Part shown: in pieces, positions 1 to 14,084 of the stretch
Numbering within the stretch: position 1 is the first letter of the stretch
Layout of the letters: each line of letters opens with the position of its first letter
Source: Octopus sinensis
Lineage: Eukaryota
Direction of reading: 5' to 3'
Assembly (NCBI RefSeq): GCF_006345805.1
Contig: NC_043022.1
Span: 7,998,001 to 8,062,000, forward strand
DNA: 64,000 nt
Made by a program: the position numbers and the translations under genes
Notes under the pieces: generated by a model
The model's input: the letters and a program-made list of their open reading frames with translations, nothing else
Database searches by the model: none
Told to the model about the DNA's origin: nothing

Positions 1-305
1 GTTTTTAAGCCTGATATTTATTCTGTCAGTCTCTCTTTCCAAACTACTAAGTTACGGGGATGTAAACACACCAACACAGGTTGTCAAGTGCTGGTGGAGG
101 AACAAACACAGACGCACATGCATAGGTATATATACATGTATGTGACAGGCTTCTTTCAGTTTCTGTCTACCAAATCTGTTCACAAAGCTTTAGTCGTCCT
201 GAGGCTATGGTAGAAGACACTTGCTCTAGGTGCTACACAGTGGGACTGAGCTCAGACCCATTTGGTTGGAAAGCAAACTTCTTATCACACAGCCATGCCT
301 GTGAC
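1..305 (-). mobile_element. tRNA-derived CORE-type SINE (family A), partial
   Basis: Reverse complement gives the head ...ggttc/gagctcagtcccactgtgtagcacctagagcaagtgtcttct..., matching the intact copies at 58868-59285 and 42968-43270. Confidence 0.8.
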
Positions 306-349
306 TATTATAAATAATGTATGTATATATTTTCTTCTTATTAGTCCAT

Positions 350-784
350 CGCAGTGTTCAAGTACAACAATTTTGAGTGGAGTGGGGACATGTCAATTAC
401 ATTGGGCCCAGTACTTGGTTGGTACTTTATTTTATTGGCCCTGAAAGGATGAAAGGTAAAGTTGACTTTAGTGGTATTTGAACCCAGAATGTAGAGAGCC
501 AGAAAAAATGCCATTAAGTATTTTATGCAATGTACCAACGGTTCTACCAGTTTACCACTGTCAAATAATGTATATTAGCACCTAAAAATAAAGCCACCTA
601 TGATACCAGCAAATTTGTACTTTGATAGTGCTCAACTGGTACTTGTTTTATTGAAACCAAAATGATGAAAAACAAAGTCGACCTTGGTGGAATTTGAACT
701 CGGAACATAAAGATAGATGAAATACTGCTAAGCATTTTGCCCAGTATTCTAACAATTCTACCAGCTCACCTCCTCAACAACAAC

Positions 785-817
<33 letters not shown>

Positions 818-1061
818 CCTTTCTACTAAAGGCACAAGGCCTGAAATTTTGTGGGAGGGGACTGGCCAATGACATCGACCCCAGTGTTTCACTGGTACTT
901 AATTTATTGATCCTGAAAGGATGAAAGGCTAAGTTGACCTCAGCAGTATTTGAACTCAAAATGTAAAGATGATAAGATGCCACTAAGCATTTTGGCTAGC
1001 ATACAAATGATTCTGTCAGCACACCATTCTAAAAGAGATGGGTGAGATTGCAGCAGTGGTT

Positions 1062-1097
<36 letters not shown>

Positions 1098-2056
1098 CCT
1101 TTTTACTAAAGCCATGGGGCCTGAAATTTTTGGGAAGGGGACTAGTTGATTACATCGACCCCAGTATTTTACTGGTACTTATTTTATCAACCCTGAAAGA
1201 ATGAAAGTCATATTTGACCTCGGCAGAATTTGAACCCGGAATGCGAAGACAGACAAAATACCGCAAAGCATTTCACTTGGCGTGCTAATGATTCTGCCAG
1301 CTTGCCACCTTAAATAATAATAATAAGAGTGTTATCATGTATATGTTTTATCTTGGTATAAAACATGGGCTACAGCAAATATTCTGCTCAATACCACAGA
1401 TTTGCTTGTCAGTTGCTTAACCATAACCAGTTGAGCATGTCCTTTAGTGGCTGATGATATGTGCATCTCTGATCATGAACAGAAGTAGGTGGGGAGCATC
1501 ATAGCCATGTGTTGAGAGGAATTCTTTGGGATTTGAATAATACACCTCTGGAAACATGGGTGCTTCGTTCAACCCTTATTCAAGTACCTTGTGAGCCGAA
1601 TGGGTTTCTTGACCAGAAAAAATTCTAACTGCGCCCCACCTGCAAAGTCATGTGATGTTTATCTTGATATGAGATCAATAAGGACATTCACATATGGTTG
1701 TGATGTATGTGCCTTTTGTACCTTTATCAGACGGGTAGTCATGATGGGTATACTGGGCTTCATATATTTTACCTTTGTCACTTTGATGGCATGCATTGCT
1801 CTCTCACTAAACAACAACAATAATAATAATAATAATAATAATGATGATGGTTTCAAATTTTGACACAAGGCCAGGAATTTGGGGGAGGAGGTAAATCGAT
1901 TACATCAACCCCAGTGCTCAGTTAGTACTTATTTCATTGAACCAGAAACGATGAAAGTCAACCTTGGTGGAATTTGAACTCAGAACATTAAGACAGATGA
2001 AATGCAACTAAGCATTTTGCCTGGTGTCCTAATGATTCCACCAGCTCACCACCTTT
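350..2056 (-). mobile_element. Five co-oriented copies of tRNA-derived SINE family B (approx. 350-560, 625-773, 815-1028, 1097-1312, 1860-2056)
   Basis: Recurring block ...actggtactta.tttat.gacc..gaaaggatgaaaggc.aagt.gacct.gg..gaatttgaactcag...; the reverse strand shows an A-box-like tggcagaa and a B-box-like gagttcaaattc; several copies are separated by (AAT)n. Confidence 0.85.
1345..1620. repeat. Dispersed ~260-bp repeat family C, unclassified
   Basis: atgggctacagcaaatattctgctcaataccacagatttgcttgtcagttg...catagccatgtgttgagagg recurs at about 14998 and 48470. Confidence 0.8.
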
Positions 2057-2625
2057 GTTTCCTTAAATATCAAAAAGGAAAACAACAAAAATATCAAAAC
2101 TGAAAATTTGTCAAAATTTGAACTCAAGTCTAAAATTCAATGCTAGGAATTAAAACTAAAAAAAAAAAATGGAAATAATATTTTTTGTATTTTTCTTTTT
2201 CTTGTTTTTTCCTTTTTGTTTGCTGTTTTCTTTCCCCTGCTTATCATTATTGAATTTCAGAATTTAAGTTCAAATTTTAATACAAGTTTATAAAACATTT
2301 TCTGTACTTTTTTTATTTAATTTTATCTTCTTTATTTATTTATTTACTTTATAAAGACAGTTGATGGAAATGTGTCTGTTATTTTTTTATATTTATTTAT
2401 CATTATTCTATTCTATTTATTTTATTTATTCATTTTTTTTTTTGAAATTTTTATTTGAAATTTCATACTAAAATATCTGGAAATATAAAAAACAACAACT
2501 TGTTATTACAAAAGTGTGTGCATGAGTGTGTGTGCATGTATCTGAATGTGTGTGTATATGTGTGTGACTTCTTGCATATTTTTTGTTAACTTATTTTAAC
2601 ATCACTAGAACAGATATATTACATC

Positions 2626-2684
<59 letters not shown>

Positions 2685-3463
2685 TATAATTATATAAATA
2701 TATGTGTGTGTGTGTGTGTATGTAAGTATGTATGCATATGTATGTATATAAAATGTTTATTTATGAGATTTTTTTATATTGAAATCAACCAAACAATATT
2801 GTCTGTTTAAAATGACTGTCTCGGTATAAAAAAAATATAAAAAAAGAGAACCTGCTGATATGATAAACAGTTTCACCTGCGATAATTATGTCTCTCTCTC
2901 GCTGTATTTGATGTAAATGATATAACAGGTGAACAACTGTTGACATCTCTTGTGAACAAGAAAGATGTTCACTTAATATTTTTTTTTTTGTTTGTTGTCA
3001 CTGATGATGGTGGTTCTGGTGGTGGTGGTTGTGTTTTGTTCCAGATCATTCTGACTGAACAGACTTATGATCAAAAGGTTCCGCCCGTCTTAATCGGATT
3101 GTTTTGGAATAAGGGGCAGCGCCTAAAGCTTTCACAATCCCTCCATTCTTGGAGGGATTGAGAACAATGTTTCTTTTAAACAGCTGCAGGCTGGCATCTG
3201 CAAAAGATAACATGGGACATCATGGAGAGGAAAAACAAGCCATAATATTTAATCAAGAGTACATTATCTATTATCCTGTATAAGTGTGTGTGTGTATTTC
3301 TGACCTTTTTAAAAATAATATTTATTGATTTGGTTGATGGAAATTTGGTTGGTGGAATCCTATCATATATAATCCAAGTTAATATAGTATACATATATAT
3401 GTGTGTGTGTATATATATATATATTTATATATATATGTGTGTGTGTGTGTATATATATATGTA

Positions 3464-3508
<45 letters not shown>

Positions 3509-3547
3509 ATATATATATTTATATATATGCAGAGCAGCTTCAAATAT

Positions 3548-3770
3548 TCTTTTCTTTTCTACTCTAGGCACAAGGCCTGAAATTTTGGGTGAGGGGGCCA
3601 GTCGATTATATCAACCCCAGTGCGTAACTGGTACTTATTTAATCTACCCTGAAAGGATGAAAGGCAAAGTTGATCTCAGTGGAATTTGAACTCAGAACAT
3701 AAAGATAGACGAAATACCACTAAGCATTTCACCCGGCTTGCTAACATTTTTGCCAGCTCGCCGCCTTAGA
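3548..3770 (-). mobile_element. SINE family B, near full length
   Basis: ggcacaaggcctgaaatttt...gaatttgaactcagaac...ccagctcgccgcctt, the same family as 350-2056. Confidence 0.85.
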
Positions 3771-4734
3771 GCAGCTTCAAATATTATATGTTTAAAGCAT
3801 GCACTAAAACTAATAACCTGAATATGTGTTGGTGAAATTGGGGTGCATCTAATATGTCTTTGTATCTGTGATGCCATCAAATATGATAATTAAATTTGTT
3901 ATAAATAAGAAGCAAATCATCTGAGATTGAAACAAAAAGGGATGAAATGAGCAAATGAATTAATAAATAATTAATTAAATATTGAAATAATGAGAGAATT
4001 AATGATAGAGAATTAATTAATGTCATGAGATGTTAAGAAGCATGTGATTGCATCAATCTTAGTATCTGATTTGTGGTATACTTTATTGGACTTCTGGAGG
4101 TTGGAAGGCATAGCTGACCTTAGTGGGTTCCAGTTTTGGATTGTAAAATGATAGAAAATGATGTCTAGCTCTAGTACTTCTAGTACTTTCATAATAATTT
4201 CTCTAAAGGAGAGAAATTATTAAGAAGATGAAAACATTTAATAGAAGGGCATAAAATAGGGCAATAATGTATTGAAACTAAGAAAATTCAAAATTACAAT
4301 ATATATATATATGTATATATATTTTTGTAAATTAAACGAACGTATATAAACAGGGCATACTGGTAATGCAGGCACATTCTACATACACACAAACTTACTA
4401 AACATAGACACACACAGGAATATACATATGCACAAATAAAGACACATACAATAGGAATACAAAATGGCAGATCATTAGTAAGGAGAGACACACAAAAAAG
4501 AAAGAAAAAAAGCAAAGGACCACCGATGAGGTCACAGAAGTGTGGCGAAAGAACTCTGGCCTGAAATACAATTAATATAAAATAAAGCTGAAGCAAATGA
4601 ACACCAAATATATAATGCGTGTGTTTTTATTGGCTAAACTGGCAAAATGACCATATCCAAATACAACAATGTCTGTTTCAATGCATGAATTCACATCAGG
4701 AATCTTGGAAAACGAATATATAAATATATATATA

Positions 4735-5180
4735 TATTCTTTTATTCTTTTACTTGTTTCAGTCATTTGAGTGTGGCCATGCTGGAGCATCATCTTTAGT
4801 CAAGCAAATCGACCTTAGGACTTATTCTTTGTAAGCCTAGTACTTATTCTATTGGTCTCTTTTGCCAAGCTGCTAAGTTATGGGGATGTAAATACACCAA
4901 CATTAGTTGTCAAGCGATGGTGGGAGGAGACAAACACAGACACACAAACATACACACACACACACACATACACACACACATACACACACACATGATGGGC
5001 TTCTTTCAGTTTCTGTCTACCAAATCCACTCACAAGGCTTTGGTTGGCCTGAGGCTATTGTAGAAGACATTTGCCCAAGGTGCCACGAAGTGAACCTGGA
5101 ACCATGTGGTTGGGAAACAAGCTTCTTACCATGCAGCCACAACTGGGCCTATACCACACACAGCCATGCCTGTGCCTATA
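4735..5180 (-). mobile_element. CORE-type SINE family A, near full length
   Basis: Tail tattcttttacttgtttcagtcatttg at the left, tRNA-like head (...gcagccacaactgggcct... ccacacacagccatgcctgtgcctat) at the right, internal (CA)n. Confidence 0.85.
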
Positions 5181-5194
5181 TACATACATTATAT

Positions 5195-5239
<45 letters not shown>

Positions 5240-5261
5240 CATATATATTTATTTATTATTA

Positions 5262-5616
5262 TAGAAGGAGCTTCTACAGGACTAGAACTGTTTCATTCAA
5301 GAGAAATCTTCAGGAAGCTAGTGAACCAAGAATTGTATTGGCATTTATACATTTAGGCAGGTTTAAAGGGGTGTTGGTGGGGGACTTTTTGGGGGTAGGG
5401 CATAGCGCAAAAATCATACTTGGGGAGTGGTCAAGGAGTCAGGTTAAATTAGATAGGAGAATAAATAAAAAATAAAAAATAAAAAATATAAATATAAAAA
5501 ATAAAAAATAAATAATAAATAATAAATAATAAAAAATAAAAAATAAAAAATAGAAAATAGAAAATAAAAAAATATAAAAAAATATATAAAAAAATAAAAA
5601 AATAAAAATAAAAATA

Positions 5617-5659
<43 letters not shown>

Positions 5660-6965
5660 AAAGGGGGGGAATAGAGTTTTAGGTAAATAAGGAGATTCTC
5701 ACTTATACCTCTACACATACACACATATATATACAATCACACATACATATACATATCTACACATACACATATATATGTATACATACACACACTCACTTGC
5801 ATACACGTATACACACATGTATATATACACACACGACCACACAAACATATACACACAGAAAAATATATATATAACACATACACACACATCTACTCACATA
5901 CACGCACATACACACACAAATCCATCCACTACACACACATGCACACACAGCACACTAGTCCCATATACACATATATACACATACACACATATATATACAC
6001 ACCCCCACACATACACATACATACACATATATATACATACATACACATACATATACACATATATATACAATACACATATATATATATATATACACACATA
6101 TATACATATGTGTACCCATGCATACCTACACATACACACATATTATATACATATACAAATACAGACCCATTCCCTAATTTTAATTTTATATCTTCGTTTA
6201 TTACTTTTGTTATCTTTGCCGCTTGGTCACAAACATCTTGGCTATGACAGCCAGACCATTTATCCGGCTACTGGAAAACAATTACTCATTCACTCACGCA
6301 CACTCTTTAGCACGTACACTCACTCATTCGTACACTCATACGCATACACGCACGCACGCACGCGTTATATTCATACATACATACATCTATACATACATCA
6401 CGTTATATACACATACGTACGCGTACTACAGATTCAGTCTACACTCTTAGAAGTCTAGTCTATACATATACACCAATAAATATAAATACACACACATACA
6501 TGTACACCTACATACAAATACATACATGTACAGATAACATACATATATATAATATATATTATATATTATATATATATTAATATATATACACATATATACG
6601 CGTACCTACAGATTCATGTCTACACTCTTAGAAGGCTAGTCTATACATATACACCCATAAATATAAATAACCACACATACATACATGTACACCTACATAC
6701 AAATACATACATGTACACATATACATACATACACATATACATTACATATATATATATAGATATATATATATATATATATATAATATACATATATATACAT
6801 ATATATATTCATACTAACATGCATACTCAAAAAATAAGTAAATAGTAAATATATATACGCGCAGTATTCATACATGCATACTCAAAAAATAAATATTAAG
6901 TATATGTACGTGCAGTTACCTATTATATAGACGGATACATACATATAATAAACTTACCAACATAG

Positions 6966-7025
<60 letters not shown>

Positions 7026-7405
7026 ATATATATATGTATGTATCCGTCTATATAATAGGTAACTGCACGTACATATACTTAATATTTATTTTTTGAGTAT
7101 GCATGTATGAATAACTGCGCGTATATATATTTAATATTTACTTATTTTTTGAGTATGCATGTTAGTATGAATATATATATGGTATATATATGTATATATA
7201 TATATATATAATATATATACTAATATATATATATATGTTATGTATATGTGATATGTATGTATATGTGTACATGTATGTATTTGTATGTAGGTGTACATGT
7301 ATGTATGTGTGTTGATTTATATTTATGGGTGTATATGTATAGACTAGCCTTCTAAGAGTGTAGACATGAATCTGTAGGTACGCGTATATATGTGTATATA
7401 TATGA

Positions 7406-7441
<36 letters not shown>

Positions 7442-8712
7442 TATATGTATGTATATATGTACATGTATGTATTTGTATGTAGGTGTACATGTATGTGTGT
7501 GTATTTATATTTATTGGTTGTATATGTATAGACTAGCCTTCTAAGAGTGTAGACATGAATCGTAGGACGCGTACGTATGTGTATATACGTGAATGTATGT
7601 AGATGTATGTATGTATGAATATAACGCGTGCGTGCGTGCGTGTATGCGTATGAGTGTACGAATGAGTGAGTGTACGTGCTAAAGAGTGTCGTGAGTGAAT
7701 GAGTAATTGTTTCCAGTAGATGGATAAATGGTCTGGCTGTCATAGCCAAGATGTTGTGACCAAGCCAACCAAAGAAACAAAAGTAATAACGAAGATAATA
7801 AAATTAAAATTAGGAGGGTCTGTATTTGTATATGTATATATAATGTGTGTATGTGTAGGTATCATGGGTACACATATGTATATATGTGTGATATATATAT
7901 ATTATGTGTATGTATATATATGTGTATATGTATGTGTATGTATGTATATATATGTGTATGTATGTGTATGTGTGGGTGTGTGTATATATATGTGTGTATG
8001 TGTATATATGTGTGTATATAGGGACTAGTGTGCTGTGTGTGCATGTGGGTGTATGGATTTGTGTGTGTATGCGTGTATGTGAGAGATGTGTGTGTATGTG
8101 TATATATATATTTTTCTGGTGTATGTATGTGTGGTCGTGTGTGTATATATAGACATGTGTGTATACGTGTATGCAAGTGAGTGTGTGTATTATACATATA
8201 TATGTGTATGTGTAGATATGTATATGTATGTGTGATGTTATATATGTGTGTATGTGTAGAGGAAAGTGAGAAACTCCTTATTTACCTAAAACTCTATTCC
8301 CCCCCTTTATACATATATATATATATATTATATATATATTTTTATTTTTATTTTTTTTATTTTTATTTTTTTATTTTTTTATATATTTTTTATATTTTTT
8401 ATTTTCTATTTCTATTTTTATTTTTTATTATTTATTATTTATATTTATTTTTTTTATTTTTTATATTTTTTATTTTTATTTTTTATTTTTATTTTTTATT
8501 TATTCTCCTATCTAATTTACACTGACTCCTTGACCACTCCCCCAAGTATGATTTTTTGCGCTATGCCTACCCCCAAAAAGTCCCCCACCAACACCCTTTT
8601 AAACCTGCCTAAATGTATAAATGCCAATACAATTCTTGTTCACTAGCTTCCTGAAGATTTCTCTTGAATGAAACAGTTCTAGTCCTGTAGAAGCTCCTTC
8701 TATATAATAATT
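5262..8712. repeat. Giant inverted repeat (palindrome): ~1.7-kb arms around a ~85-bp (TA)n-rich spacer
   Basis: 5270-5460 (agaaggagcttctacaggactagaactg...gataggaga) is the reverse complement of 8505-8700; 6230-6330 mirrors 7670-7760; 6900-6945 mirrors 7030-7080. Confidence 0.95.
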
Positions 8713-8779
8713 AATTTACTCTGCTATGTATTGAGTACCTTATTTACTGTGGTTAACCCCCGAATCACACCCGGGACCT

Positions 8780-8789
8780 ACATGTATAC

Positions 8790-8836
<47 letters not shown>

Positions 8837-9610
8837 ATATATATAATACACCATATATATATATATATATATAATATATATATTATATTATACATATATA
8901 TATATATATATATATACATTTATATATATATATATATACATATAATATACATATATATATACAAATACATATATATATACATATAATTATATATACATAT
9001 TATATATATATATACATTATATACATATATATATACATACATATATATATACATACATATATACATACATATATATATACATATATATACATATTATATA
9101 TATACATATATATATTATATATACATATAGATATATATATATATACCTATATATATATATATACATAGATATATTTATATACTAGATACAATATATATAA
9201 CATATATCTATATATACATATCTATATATACATATATATATATACATATATATATATATACATATATATATATACATATATATATATACATATATATATA
9301 TACACATTATATATACATATATATATATACACAATATATATATACATATATATATACACATATATATATATACATATATATACACATATATATATATACA
9401 CATATATATATACACATATATATATATACATATATATATACACATATATAGATATAATCATATAGATATACACATATATATATATAGACATCATATAATA
9501 TAATACATATATATATATACAAAGATATATATATTATACAAATAGAGATACACATAAATATTATATATAATACACAATCTATATATATACACATATATAT
9601 ATATATATAT
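8780..9610. repeat. Degenerate (TA)n/(TATACA)n microsatellite tract
   Basis: Direct inspection. Confidence 0.9.
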
Positions 9611-9611
9611 A

Positions 9612-10020
9612 AGCCATCCGTACGTGTTCATTGCCAGCCTTGGCCGGTGACATGTAAAAGCACCGTCCGTTCATGGCCGTTTGCCAGCTCTGTCTGGCCC
9701 CGTGTCGGTGGCACGTAAAAGCACCATCCGTTCGTGTTCGTTGCCAGCCTCGGCTGGCCCCGTGCCGGTGACACGTAATAGCACCATCCGTCCGTGGCCG
9801 TTGTGCCAGCTCTGTCTGGCACCTGTGCAGGTGGCACGTAAAAAACACCCACTACACTCGCAGAGTGGTTGGCGTTAGGAAGGGCATCCAGCCGTAGAAA
9901 CACTGCCAAATCTGACTGGGCCTGATGAAGCCTTCCGGCTTCACAGACCCCAGTTAAACCGTCCAACCCATGCTAGCATGGAAAACGGACGCTAAATGAT
10001 GATGATGATGATGATGATGA
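9612..10020 (+). mobile_element. SINE family D with ~58-bp internal tandem units and a (GAT)n tail, probably RTE-LINE-dependent
   Basis: Repeated ...gccagc...ggccc...gtggcacgtaaaagcacc..., then ggttggcgttaggaagggcatccagccgtagaaac...ccaacccatgctagcatggaaaacggacgctaaa(tga)n; other copies at 45880 and 62310. The RTE link is inferred from recalled similarity. Confidence 0.7.
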
Positions 10021-10624
10021 TATATATATATATATAGAAACACACATACACACATGCACATACATATATGTATTTATTATATTAAGGGCATTACTACACA
10101 TAAATGCCTCTGGCTACTTGATAAATTCTTATATAGATTTTATCCTTATATATATATGCTTTAACAAACAGACAAATTCACATAAAGAATCTTTCAAATC
10201 AGATACAAAAACGAAATAGAATAAGCTCTAGTTAAGCTAGCAAGATGTTGAAAGACAGTGTGTTTTGCTGTCTAAAAATCAAGGTAGCTACCCGACCGCT
10301 CCATTTCATTAAAGCCTGCATATCCTCCAGGCTGTACACGAAATCTGTTAATTCGGCTATGAAGTAGTTAGGACTCACAGGACATCAAGCAAGAAAACTA
10401 AAACATACGATATTACTAAACATCAGAAAGAAAATATACACAGAAATCAACCAGGGCCCTTCTGCATGAACAGCAAAACACGACTACACCGGACGAATGA
10501 AACAGATTCATGACACATCCAACAAGAAAACCTCCAAGTAAATCAAGCCTGCAATAAATACTTTAACAACAAAATCAGGTGGATGAAACAGCCATAACGA
10601 TCTCAGCATGGTAAGAATCAACAC

Positions 10625-10820
10625 TGGCGGCGAGCTGGCAGAAACGTTAGCACGCTGGGTGAAATGCTTAGCAGTATTTCGGCTGCTGTTACGTTGTGAG
10701 TTCAAATTCCGCCGAGGTCAACTTTGCCTTTCATCCTTTCGGGGTCGATAAATTAAGTACCAGTTATGCACTGGAGTTGATGTAATCGACTTAATACCTA
10801 TGTCTCTCCTTGTTTGTCCC
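10625..10820 (+). mobile_element. SINE family B
   Basis: ggcggcgagctggcagaaacgttagcacg...gagttcaaattccgccgaggtcaactttgcctttcatcctttcggggtcgataaattaagtaccag. Confidence 0.9.
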
Positions 10821-11361
10821 AGAAGACTTTGACGCCAGGGCACTGAAAATCAATTACCATCAACAGCAACAATTACACCCCTGGAATATACGGTGTACTA
10901 CAGTTAGGTACGGTTGAGTTGCATGCCTTAGAGTTACCACCGAAATTTGCTACATATAAGAAGGTCAGAAAAATTGATTGTCTGTGTGAGATTGAAAAAA
11001 ACATTCTTAAAAATAAGATGGAGATTAGGACAATACAACAACAACAACAATGTACGAAACCAAAACAACAACAATAGGGGCAATAACAGCAATGATAACC
11101 GAAACATCTCCCACACAAACAAGTACAGCAACAACAACAATATAAACATACGAAACCAAAACAACAATAGCTATGATAATAACAACAATGATTACCACAA
11201 CACCCCACACACAAACAACAATACCAACCACAGCATCACCCACACTGCCACCAGCCCACCACCATCAACACTATCAACACTCATGACAACAACAATAATA
11301 ACGTCAACAATGAACACAACACCAACGGCAACACCAGCAACTCTAACAACAACACATATGT

Positions 11362-11560
11362 AAATATTCTTTTATTCTTTTACTTGTTTCAGTCATTTGG
11401 CTGTGGCCATTCTGGAGCACTGCTTTTAGTTAAAGAAATCAACCCCAGGACTTATTAATTGTAAGCCTAGTACTTATTCAATCAGTTCTTTTGCTGAACA
11501 ACAAAGTTACAGAGACATAAACACACTAACATCACTTGTCAAGCAATGGTGGTGGTGGTG
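11362..11560 (-). mobile_element. SINE family A, 3' half
   Basis: tattcttttacttgtttcagtcatttggctgtggccattctggagcac... Confidence 0.75.
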
Positions 11561-11709
11561 ATTGGGGGGAGGCAAATACCGACACACACATACATACATA
11601 CATACATATATATATATACATATATATACATACACACAGACATATATATATTTATATATATACATACATATATATACCTAGGTTATATATAGATATCATA
11701 TATATTTTT

Positions 11710-11872
11710 TTTTTGTCTTCTCCTTGTTTTTTTCTCGTGTCCTTCTGTAGAAAGAGGTAGGCTCGAAACGTAAAAGACTTTTTCAATTCCTGAGAGTATT
11801 TATACAATCTACAGAACTTGTTTTTTATACACTACCTGTCTTCGTCTTTTGTTTTTTTCTTGAACCCTCCCT
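11710..11872 (+). mobile_element. Penelope-like terminal fragment (family P1) carrying a hammerhead-like motif
   Basis: ctgtagaaagaggtaggctcgaaacgtaaaagac; homologous to 39118-39302 and 59990-60187 in the opposite orientation. Confidence 0.55.
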
Positions 11873-11906
11873 ATATATATGTATATATGTATATACACAC
11901 ACACAT

Positions 11907-12094
11907 GAGAGGATGCTGAAAAGTTCCTGACTTTGGGTAAAAGAAAATACAGGAGGATCAGTTAATTATGATTTTATTCAACGTATTCTCCTCTCAAATT
12001 CACACACTTATTGCAGAAGTCCTTCAGTTTTTCAAAGCTTCCAACCAAGATTTTCGCAATACCCTTAAAGCCAGGAACTTTTCAACACCCCCTT
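11907..12094. mobile_element. Tc1/mariner-type MITE
   Basis: Terminal inverted repeats gagaggatgctgaaaagttcctgacttt / aaagccaggaacttttcaacaccccctt; a second copy lies in reverse orientation at 38829-39042. Confidence 0.75.
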
Positions 12095-12539
12095 GTGTGT
12101 ATGTGTGTGTATATATATTATATATATTATATATATAGTTAACAAGAGTTTGGCTCAGTTTCATATTACTTAAAATTTGTGGGTATGTAGGATGCATCCC
12201 TTTCTTGTGATATTACAGAAGTGAGAGTTTTGAGACAAGTTCAAGATAGCTTCAAGATGTTAGGTCACTTATTGGTCAGCTCAGGTCATGTGGTGATAAC
12301 GCTGGGAAAATGACACCAATTATTTTCTTTAGTTTTATTTTCAGGGCCACATGCTTGGACAATATGTTAGGGGCCACTTTGGAAGCAGGCTGCAGTATAG
12401 CGTATTCAATGACACCAGTTCCTTTTATTAGGAACTGTATATGATCAGGTAGGATGTTGGTTCAAATCAGTAGCTCGGTCATCATTCACTGGAATATTAA
12501 ATATTAGTGGCAGTAGTTGTTAGGTGGGAGTAATTAGAT

Positions 12540-12920
12540 TTCTGGTGTTGGGTACAGCCATTATCATAATCACTACTGTCGCTGACGCCGCCATCATCAC
12601 AATCATTACTGTCATCATCACCACCATCATCATAACCATCACCACAACATCCACCACCACCACCACCACCACAATCACCATTATCATAACCACCATAACC
12701 ATAACCATCACCACAGCAACCACCACAGCCACCACTATTACAACCACTGCCACTACCGCCCCAACCATCAACACTACCATCACCATCATCACAACCATCA
12801 CTACCACAACCATCACGGCTACTACTACCACCACCACAACCCGCCACCACCATTACCACCACACACCACCACCACCACACTCCACCACCACCACTATCAT
12901 CACTACCACCACCACCACTA
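12540..12920. repeat. (ACC/ATC/ACT)n trinucleotide low-complexity tract
   Basis: Direct inspection. Confidence 0.85.
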
Positions 12921-13280
12921 CAGTGTGCACATGCCGGGGTGTGAAATACCCGGAAGACACTTGAGAGTAAACTGCAGATGGCATGATTTGATAAAGTGAC
13001 ATCACCGTCAAACGGAACACACACCTGACAAACAGCAGTCATTAGAAATAAACCTTCAAAAAAAAGCAAGGGGAAAAAATCATCATTAAAGGGCATTTAT
13101 GTAGTGTTTTGCATGAGTTTGTTGTTGCAGTTGTTCTTGCTGTTGTTATTGTTGTTAGAAATGCTTTTGTCTGCAGTTCTCTTATTGTAAAATTGTTAGG
13201 CTGTTTTTTTCTTAACTTTCTATTTATATTTTTTTATTTTAGTTCTATCATTGTCATTATTGTTGTTATTATTATTATTA

Positions 13281-13327
<47 letters not shown>

Positions 13328-13338
13328 TATTATTATTT

Positions 13339-13372
<34 letters not shown>

Positions 13373-13473
13373 GTCTTTTGCTCCAGTCTATCTCTTGGAA
13401 GATATACCCCATACGTGTGTATGTGTGCGTGCATATATGTATATCTATCTATATATACATACATACACACACT

Positions 13474-13511
<38 letters not shown>

Positions 13512-13804
13512 CATGAATATATATATATATGTGTGAGTGTGTGTATGTATGTATTTATATATAAACAAGAAATGCAGGGACAGACACACAGAACAGACAG
13601 GCAACAATATACATGCATACACACATGCATTCACACATATATACATACACCGTCACACATACATGCATGCATACATATATATGTACATACATACATACTT
13701 ATATACACACACAGTCACACATACATACATACATATTATGAATTTTTTCTGTCATATTCTTTTGTCCACTATGTATTGTAACCATCATCAAACGCATTCT
13801 TGAA

Positions 13805-13837
<33 letters not shown>

Positions 13838-13988
13838 CCTCCTCCACTTTCATCAGCATCAGTAACAGCGTCCTCGATTTTTTTTGACAATACCTCCATT
13901 GTTATCACTATCATCATCATCATCGTCATCATCATCGGCAAAAACTAAACAACTGCAAGTTTTGCCAGCATCTGCATTAGACTTTTAC

Positions 13989-14023
<35 letters not shown>

Positions 14024-14084
14024 TATTAATAATAATGATAGAAATGTTCACTCCCGTCAATTTTTATGTATGAGAGTCCTGAAA

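Noticed and set aside
2105-2280. ~30-bp imperfect inverted repeat (aaaatttgaactcaag.../...aagttcaaatttt)
   Set aside because: Short and very AT-rich; could be chance or an unrecognisable MITE relic
3044-3161. Possible exon after ttttgttccag (IILTEQTYDQKVPPVLIGLFWNKGQRLKLSQSLHSWRD*)
   Set aside because: No recognisable protein, no good donor site and no partner exons
9920-9950. ctgatgaagccttccggct as a hammerhead core
   Set aside because: No downstream GAAA or stem III; it is a variant position within SINE family D
10270-10600. Possible decayed Penelope ORF N-terminus (LHFIKACISSRLYTK...)
   Set aside because: Resemblance too weak, with multiple stops; needs a profile search
12497-13096. Thr-, Gly-, His- or Asp-rich ORFs (also 15550-16051, 17703-18684, 25415-25959, 41178-42028) as mucin-like or acidic proteins
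   Set aside because: They come from trinucleotide microsatellites open in several frames on both strands, with no non-repetitive coding context or splice structure
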